NCBI GenBank assembly: GCA_030141605.1
Contig: JAQGDQ010002243.1
Span: 1-6,791, forward strand
Source of the DNA: Tubiluchus corallicola
Lineage: Eukaryota > Animalia > Priapulida
Reading direction: 5' to 3'
DNA: 6,791 nt
Of this stretch, positions 1 to 6,336 are shown in pieces. The notes under the pieces are model-generated. The model was given only the letters and a program-made list of their open reading frames with translations. It made no database searches and was not told where the DNA came from. Within the stretch, counting starts at the first letter, position 1, and each line of letters opens with the position of its first letter. The translations under genes and the position numbers were made by a program.

Positions 1-8
1 TACATTAC

Positions 9-53
9 AGCAATACGTAACTGAACGAAGTACAGAAGAAGTTACGTATTGCT
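9..53. repeat. Perfect 14-bp inverted repeat with 17-nt spacer
   Basis: AGCAATACGTAACT (9-22) is the exact reverse complement of AGTTACGTATTGCT (40-53). Confidence 0.9.
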
Positions 54-391
54 TAAGAAAAGTTTAAGATTCAGAAACTGCAGAAATGTTATTAGTTTTA
101 CTGGTAGAGTTTTCTAGGCAAGCTGAAAACAAAGCTTAATTAAAATTACAATTTTGGTAAAGGGATGCCCAATTATAAAGTTCCCTTTTACATGTTATAT
201 ATATGCAATTATTATTAATTTCAACACTTAACTTCGATATAAATTCTTTGTTTCAAGCGACATAATTGTGTGTCGCAGTGGCGGCTCGTGTATGGGTACT
301 GTGGAACTGCAGCGCCGCCTATTTTCGCTCAATACTATCGATATTGTTCAATATAATAAGTTTTTTTCCTTAAAATTTTCCTTGTACTTAT

Positions 392-758
392 TGTTGTGTT
401 TTGTTTCTCTCGGAAGGCTCGTAGAGAAAACCAGAAAACTATTCATCAAATTAAACTAGTTTATTAAGCGAGAATTCTACAACACAAAAGTATGAAGGAA
501 CGCGAAATGTTTACAGTAATGTGATAATGTGGAAAACGTTTGAGTGTATCTGAAAATACAGGTAACAAGAGAATGTGTAAGTGGCGTCCGTGTGAATCTG
601 TGCGTGTTTCTCAGCAGCCTGCTTCGCCTTATATAGTATGCCAGGGAACATTCCAGACGCTTCTTTCCAGAACATTCCACAAGGTAAGACGATTATTCTA
701 ATGGAACATTCTACAATGTTCTATTTAATTCTAATAGATGCCAGGGATCTCCACAACA
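392..758 (-). mobile_element. Solo LTR of an LTR retrotransposon (BEL/Pao-like termini; superfamily uncertain)
   Basis: 7-bp terminal inverted repeat TGTTGTG (392-398)/CACAACA (752-758); identical 5-bp flanks CTTAT (387-391, 759-763); on the minus strand TATATAA (635-629) precedes AATAAA (465-460), the expected U3-R-U5 order; no internal gag/pol sequence adjacent. Confidence 0.9.
629..722 (-). promoter_or_regulatory. LTR promoter: TATA box plus three heat-shock-element-like (alternating nGAAn) clusters
   Basis: TATATAA on minus strand at 635-629. gGAAc-aTTCc-aGACg-cTTCt (645-664), tTTCc-aGAAc-aTTCc (664-678, perfect three-unit HSE), gGAAc-aTTCt-aCAAt-gTTCt (703-722). Confidence 0.7.
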
Positions 759-1249
759 CTTATACGGAACCAGATCACGTGATTTCATTTTATTTTGTTT
801 GATATTTTTATTGCAAATCACAGTTTACTTTAAAAATACAAAATACGTGAGGGTAAGTACTGTTTACTTCACAGCGCAGCACAGTGCGCTTACAGCTCCA
901 GCAACATGCTGTTTGGCTGTTTTGCGCATGTGGCCATGCGCACATGTCTGAGCCCGGGCAGAGAAAGTACTGTCGCTCACACAGTTTGTTGTCAGTTGCC
1001 ACGTGTTTACCGTGAATGAATCAAGCTTGAACTCCGATAATTTAGGCTATTAGTAAGAAGAAAAATTTCTGTTTAGAATTTAAAAAGTTTATGTATAAAC
1101 TTTCGTATGTTTGTTTGTTTAAATTTACAGTTACAACATTAAAATTACACATGTTTCTTTCGTTTTATACAGCATTAAAACAATGGCTAAGAATTTTCTG
1201 AAGCAGCAACTCCAGTAATTTTAGCTAGAGGCCGCCACTTGTGTGTCAT

Positions 1250-1284
1250 TTCCGCTTGTGCGACACAAAAACGGAACCCCTAGT
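1250..1284 (+). mobile_element. Possible transposon terminus (Helitron-like 3' hairpin followed by CTAG|T)
   Basis: Imperfect hairpin TTCCG-C-TTGTG-CGA-CACAA-AAA-CGGAA, then CTAG (1280-1283) followed by T. The partner end is not visible, and a TIR read on the minus strand is an alternative. Confidence 0.3.
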
Positions 1285-1489
1285 GTAACACGTACAGTAA
1301 TGACGTCATCTCTTGTTGCTCACTAGCGTGTTTCAAAGAAATATGTGTACTACGTCATCAAACGTGCTCAGGTTTTTGTCAGCTTTGCGAAAGAATGTTA
1401 AATCCATTTCATAACATCTTGTTTACTATAATAGTCATTGTTTAAAGTACAAGAAAACCATCCATAAACATAAAGCTTAAAAAATTTGG

Positions 1490-1681
1490 CTTGAAATTTT
1501 ATACCATTCACGTACTGTCTTTTTCCATATTGGACTTCAATCGGCAGTCACGCTGTATAAAACATGTAAATTTAAACTCCCGCGATGATCGTTAGATGCA
1601 GCCATTTTTACGACATGTCATTTGAATCAAGTTTAGATAACAAGGCGCAAAGTTTGAATACTAACTAAGTAAAATTTCAAG
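1490..1681. repeat. 12-bp dispersed inverted repeat, probably internal to a degraded DNA-transposon relic
   Basis: CTTGAAATTTTA (1490-1501) and TAAAATTTCAAG (1670-1681). No termini or TSD identified. Confidence 0.5.
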
Positions 1682-1902
1682 TTATGGGATCCCGTCAATA
1701 AGAATAAAAACACGTTTTGGGTTAGTGAGTGCTGCACCCTGGGGGTGAGTTAACAACATTTTCCCAATTGGTGAAAACATTTTAAATTATTATTTGTAGT
1801 TACATAAGTCTTTCCAGCAGGTAATTGAAATGCTAAGTAATATAGATTTGCATGGAAAGTCTTTTGGGCCATAATTTAACATTGCCTTTTCTTCCCCTGA
1901 TT

Positions 1903-1927
1903 TACGTCACGTGACGTAGTGACGTCA
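1903..1927. promoter_or_regulatory. Compound CRE/E-box palindrome
   Basis: 16-bp perfect palindrome TACGTCACGTGACGTA (1903-1918) containing GTCACGTGAC, followed by TGACGTCA (1920-1927). Function is not shown by sequence alone. Confidence 0.45.
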
Positions 1928-2163
1928 TGTAATGGCGCTGTTGAAACAGTACTGCGGGAGATTTAAAATGAAAACAAACAAAAATTCCTTTAAATTTGAG
2001 TACGATATGTGCATAAAATTGCTATAAAGTAATATATTTTTAAGGCGATTCTTCTGAAACCTACTTGAGTAACACTTTTCTTCTGTTTGCTATAATGCTA
2101 AACGATTACTGCATTAGAAATCTTTGTAGTTACTTTGCTGGGTTTTTTTACTGTGCGTCCAGA

Positions 2164-3122
2164 TTAGCGAGTTTTCTGTCGCGGCAGCAAACTCGTGTAT
2201 GAACTACTTTGCAAGTTACTACCAGTAAGAAATTGCAAGCTTTCGGACAGCTATTGCGAGTTAATGTCTAGTGTGAATGCCTCGGCGAGTTACTTTGTAG
2301 TGTGAATGCCTCGGCGAGTTACTGTCTAGTGTGAATGCCTCAGCAAATTATTGTCTAGTGTGAATGCCTCGGTGAGTTACTGTGTAGTGCGAATGCTTCG
2401 GCAAGTTACTGTCTAGTGTGAATGCTTCGGCAAGTTACTGTCTAGTGTGAATGCCTCGGCGAGTTACTGTCTAGTGTGAATGCCTCGGCGAGTTACTGTG
2501 TAGTGTGAATGCCTCGGTGAGTTACTGTGTAGTGCGAATGCTTCGGCAAGTTACTGTCTAGTGTGAATGCCTCGGCGAGTTACTGTCTAGTGTGAATGCC
2601 TCGACAAATTACTGTCTAGTGTGAATGCCTCGGCGAGTTACTGTCTAGTGTGAACGCCTCGGCGAGTTACTGTCTAGTGTGAACGCCTCGGCGAGTTACT
2701 GTCTAGTGTGAACGCCTCGGCGAGTTACTGTCTAGTTTGAATGCCTCAGCGAGTTACTGTCTAGTGTGAATACCTCGGCGAGTTACTATCTAGTGTGAAT
2801 GCCTCGGCGAGTTACTGTCTAGTGTGAATGCCTCAGCGAGTTAGCCTTGACACTTCTCATAGAGAATAGGAGAGTTACTGTCGGAGAGTAACTCGCTGGA
2901 AAGTTCGCTCTTTGTTCAGAGCAGGCTTGCGAGTTACTTGGCGAGGGATGTTGCTAGTGTGAACATCTCGGCGAGTTACTTTCGATACTTCTCGCAGCTC
3001 ATAGAGATTTGAGTGTTAGCTTGTACTTACTGTCGGAGAATAACTCGTTGAAAAGTTTGTTCTGTAGTCTGAACACGCCGGCGAGTTACTTGGCAAGAGA
3101 ACTTGCTAGTGTGAACGCTCCC
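2164..3122. mobile_element. PIF/Harbinger-like non-autonomous element (right end visible, left boundary approximate)
   Basis: Ends AGTGTGAACGCTCCC (3108-3122) followed by TTA; the reverse complement GGGAGCGTTCACACT resembles animal Harbinger TIRs with TWA targets. Motifs GCGAGTTACT and TAGTGTGAA recur from about 2164 to 3122 and then stop. No matching left TIR found. Confidence 0.55.
2256..2843. repeat. 29-bp minisatellite, about 20.3 copies, consensus GCGAGTTACTGTCTAGTGTGAATGCCTCG
   Basis: The GTGTGAATG core recurs from 2271 to 2822 = 19 x 29 bp; units differ by substitutions and there are no spacers. Confidence 0.97.
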
Positions 3123-3726
3123 TTACACACAGACTGGGCGTTTCAAGTAAAAAAAGAAGATCGTAGAAGCAGAGAAATTCACATTAAAGAAAGAATCGTT
3201 AATTTGCAATCGGATGATTATCTAATTACGACCCCGGGTCTAAGCGTACTTGACTTATCATTAAATTGTTCCGTTGATCAACTACTTCGCCGCGCAGTAA
3301 TGTGATTCTTAATTCTAGGAAAACGTGCAATAACGTCGTTCTTGAGAGGTTTCGATCAAAAGCCAGTAATATTATCCCTCCTATCCTGTAAACCGGCTAA
3401 TCAGATCTGTATAAACGACGTCAGTCATCCCAGAGCCTCTATAGTTTCCCTATAATCCCGGCAACGGAATCCTTTTATGTTTATTAAATTTCTTCCATGT
3501 TTCTGCTTCCTTACTCCTCAGCAGCCCACGCAGGAGAGGTGGTAGATGCATGATTAAGCTGTTGTTTATTTGTTTGTTTACCCCATGTTTATTAGCCTAT
3601 ATCGGTATCTGTTTCCACTTGGAAAATGCTCTTAGCTTAAAACCAGCAAATATCAGTGATACAAAAAATTTTGAATATATTGTAGCAGTAATTTTGCTAA
3701 TGAATCACTCTTATTTTTATAATTTG

Positions 3727-3746
3727 CCCCCGCCCACCCCCCTCCC
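3727..3746 (-). other. G-quadruplex-forming motif
   Basis: Minus strand reads GGG-A-GGGGGG-T-GGG-C-GGGGG: four G-runs with 1-nt loops in an AT-rich context. Confidence 0.55.
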
Positions 3747-4093
3747 TTCCTATAGCCCATCTTTAATGGTTATGATGGTTACATTACTACCATCAATTAT
3801 ATTTAAATGTTCTATACAATTGTAGTTATTGCTACAAGTGTAATGTATAATTTAATCTCTTCTCCCTCACTTAAATTTGGGTACATATATGTGTATATGT
3901 ATATCATTGTATATACAAGTAAGCAATATGGTGCATTGTAATACAAGTAAGTGGTGCATTGACAGATAATCACATAATTCATATTCGTAACTATTAAAAA
4001 AAAATCACTCTTTAAAAGGGTCACTCAAAGTCGTAATTACATATTCTGTTTTCCTTTCTCAACTTTCAGGTTTATTGCTCTTATACCATTGCT

Positions 4094-4647
4094 ATTATTA
4101 CATCATTTACTTCATCCTTATTTACATTAAGTTATCTACAGAAGCATGCATAACTATAATCATTTTTTCATTTAAGTAAGGTGAGTGTGTTAATGACTGT
4201 ATGGTTGTACACTCACCTCGCACTACTCAAATCATTACATCATTTACTTCATCCTTATTTACATTAAGTTATCTACAGAAGCATGCATAACTATAATCAT
4301 TTTTTCATTTAAGTAAGGTGAGTGTGTTAATGACTGTATGGTTGTACACTCACCTCGCACTACTCAAATTATTACATCATTTACTTCATCCTTATTTACA
4401 TTAAGTTATCTACAGAAGCATGCATAACTATAATCATTTTTTCATTTAAGTAAGGTGAGTGTGTTAATGACCGTATGGTCGTACACTCACCTCGCACTAC
4501 TCAAATCATTACATCATTTACTTCATCCTTATTTACATTAAGTTATCTACAGAAGCATGCATAATTATAATCATTTTTTCATTTAAGTAAGGTGAGTGTG
4601 TTAATGACCGTATGGTCGTACACTCACCTCGCACTACTCAAATTATT
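4094..4647. repeat. Tandem array of 4 x 137 bp, near-identical units each with an internal hairpin
   Basis: ATTACATCATTTAC starts at 4097, 4234, 4371 and 4508; array bounded by ATTATT at both ends; each unit carries AGGTGAGTGT...ACACTCACCT (e.g. 4179-4188/4209-4218). Confidence 0.97.
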
Positions 4648-4817
4648 TTATTTAAAGTTTATTAATGTGTTTGATATTGTAATTTTGATGTGTGAAATTA
4701 AAATTTATGGTTCATAGTTCATAGTATATTTTTTGAAACTGCTATTTTTGTGCACTAAAGGTCATTTCTGGGGCCTTAAAGTTAGTAAGGGTTAATTTAT
4801 TACTTTTAAAATTAATT

Positions 4818-4873
4818 ACAATGTTAATATTTCAGATTTAACAATGTGTAACAATGTTAAATATTTCAGATTT
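4818..4873. repeat. Short direct duplication
   Basis: ACAATGTTAATATTTCAGATTT (4818-4839) and ACAATGTTAAATATTTCAGATTT (4851-4873). Confidence 0.8.
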
Positions 4874-4914
4874 GATTTCAGTTTTTACCTTGAGTTGTAC
4901 TTCTGCGCTTAGCT

Positions 4915-5435
4915 GCTTTATTGTTTATTTTTTGGGTGACTGGATGACTGCTGCTTTGCTTGACTGCCACGTTGTTTGCTGGGTTGGTTGATTTTCCCTG
5001 GTGTTCGCTTATTAGCTAATTGAGCCGTTGGGTAATCTGTTGTTCGGTTGTTCGTTTGCTTGTTCTTCGATTGCTGTATAATTTTTATGTCGATTAGTTT
5101 GGTGAATTAGAAGATTTGATTCTATTTTTTCTGTCTGTCTCGCTGTTCGTTCGTTTGATCGATTGTATGTTCGTTTGTTTGCTCATTCGGTTGTCTGTTT
5201 GTTAGTCATTTTGTTCGTTAGTTCGTTCCTTTATTTGTTTGTTTGTTAGTCTGTTCGTTCCTTCGTTCGTTCGTTTGTTTATTAGTCAATTAGTTTGTTC
5301 GTTCGTTTGTTTGTATGTTCGTTTATTTGTTCGTTCGCTTGTTTGTTTGTTAGTCACTTAGTTCGTTCGTTCGTTTGTGTGTTTGTATGCCTGTCTGTTT
5401 GTATGTTCGTTTGTTTGCTTGCTTGCTTGTTTGAT
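4915..5435. repeat. Degenerate T-rich tetranucleotide microsatellite (TTTG/TTCG/TTAG/TCTG mix)
   Basis: 4-bp periodicity, clearest at about 5140-5435 (GTTCGTTCGTTTGTTT...); the left edge is diffuse. Confidence 0.85.
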
Positions 5436-5546
5436 TACTTACAAGCACGCGTACCTACTTACTTTGTAGTGCTGCTTTCAATGAACATTGTTTCTTTTAC
5501 AGTGTTGTTTTGATTCTTAGCTGGTGACCTTCCTACCCGCGAACTC

Positions 5547-5559
5547 TGACCTTTGACCT
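5547..5559 (-). promoter_or_regulatory. Perfect nuclear-receptor DR1 motif
   Basis: TGACCTTTGACCT = AGGTCA-A-AGGTCA on the minus strand; an extra TGACCT half-site lies at 5525-5530. Confidence 0.45.
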
Positions 5560-5560
5560 A

Positions 5561-5648
5561 CCGTCCTTTTCTCCTTTTTTGTCCTTTTAGTAAAGAACTT
5601 GCACATAAGGAAATTTTACCGTTGATTCTGACAAACCCTCAGAGATGA
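5561..5648 (+). other. Candidate 3' splice acceptor and possible short terminal coding exon (KELAHKEILPLILTNPQR*)
   Basis: Long pyrimidine tract 5561-5588 ending in TAG (5588-5590); the frame from 5592 is open for 18 codons to TGA at 5646-5648. No homology recognised. Confidence 0.3.
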
Positions 5649-5840
5649 CTCTGGCCAACCATCAGAGATGACTCTGGCCAACCATCAGAGATGACTCTGA
5701 AAAACCATCAGAGATGACTCTGATCAACCGTCAGCGATGACTCTGACCAACCATCAGAGATGACGCTGGTCAACCATTAGAGATGACTCTGACCAACCAT
5801 CAGAGATGACTTTGATCAACCATCTGACCAACCATCAGAG
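5624..5840. repeat. 23-bp minisatellite, 8 full plus 2 partial copies, consensus AGAGATGACTCTGACCAACCATC
   Basis: Units start at 5641, 5664, 5687, 5710, 5733, 5756, 5779 and 5802; the repeat contains the dyad TCAGAG-ATGA-CTCTGA. Confidence 0.95.
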
Positions 5841-6272
5841 TCAAAGATCAAACTTCCTTTTGTGCAAAATAAGACCGGGTTAAACGTATACTGTATTATT
5901 CGAATCAAAGTTAAAGGGCGTTTGAAGGTCACAAAATTCAATCGTCGAGCAAAGTGGCTTCCTTGGCGACGTTTTGACTCCGCCGCTCTGGCTGATTGTA
6001 TGCGCAAGAGATGAATCCCTGCAGGGAAGCCATACAGTGCCAAGGCGGCGATCACACGAATAAATGTGATAAAGACTTGGAAGCCATTTAAACCGAATCC
6101 GAGCGTTCAGAGATGACTTTGCAATTTTGCTCAAAGGGAAGATAAAATGATATAAAGACCATAGACATTGAGACCATAGATCGATTTCGGCAACAAGATC
6201 TCGAGCCTTTAACACTAAAATCATCGTCGGGATGAAAGGGAGATTTTTGTCGGCACACAAGAGGGCGCATCT

Positions 6273-6308
6273 AAGATGGCGGCGTGGCAACGGCATTGTG
6301 GGATGTAG
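6273..6308. promoter_or_regulatory. Cluster of YY1-, RFX- and ZNF143/Staf-like motifs
   Basis: AAGATGGCGGC (6273-6283), CGTGGCAAC (6283-6291), GCATTGTGGGA-TGTAG (6293-6308). Confidence 0.4.
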
Positions 6309-6336
6309 CACTCTGCAGGCTAGTAAGACTGATACT

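Larger units (their letters stand above)
276..1240. mobile_element. Non-autonomous hAT-like DNA transposon (about 593 bp once the nested LTR and one TSD copy are removed)
   Basis: Left end CAGTGGCGGC (276-285), right end GCCGCCACTT (1231-1240; terminal base mismatched). Flanks GTGTGTCG (268-275) and GTGTGTCA (1241-1248) match 7/8, consistent with the 8-bp TSD of hAT elements. Loose inverted similarity continues subterminally. No transposase ORF. Confidence 0.75.

Noticed and set aside
268-1002. ORFs 268-459, 477-680 and 808-1002
   Set aside because: Short, no recognisable domain, and they lie in or across LTR/hAT sequence.
2041-2056. Left TIR of the Harbinger-like element (TAA-GGCGATTC...)
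   Set aside because: Too little identity to GGGAGCGTTCACACT.
2256-2843. CRISPR array (29-bp repeats)
   Set aside because: Units are head-to-tail with no unique spacers, no cas genes are present, and the context looks eukaryotic.
3009-3305. 98-aa ORF
   Set aside because: TTG start, first third lies in the repeat-derived element end, no recognisable family.
3905-3961. Short imperfect tandem duplication (ATACAAGTAAG...TGGTGCATTG twice)
   Set aside because: Real, but looks like an ordinary local slippage event with no further structure.
3550-4024. ORFs 3550-3825 and 3812-4024
   Set aside because: Composition reflects AT-rich DNA and a C-run; a signal-peptide-like N-terminus alone is insufficient evidence.
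5295-5513. 72-aa hydrophobic ORF
   Set aside because: Translation of the TTTG/TTCG microsatellite.
5624-5840. CRISPR array or coding repeat (DDSDQPS-like)
   Set aside because: Linkers are only about 7 nt and nearly constant; the 23-bp period shifts frame each unit, so every + frame meets a stop.
5816-6311. Minus-strand ORFs of 79, 143 and 60 aa
   Set aside because: Mutually overlapping with no recognisable motif; cannot be fully excluded without a homology search.
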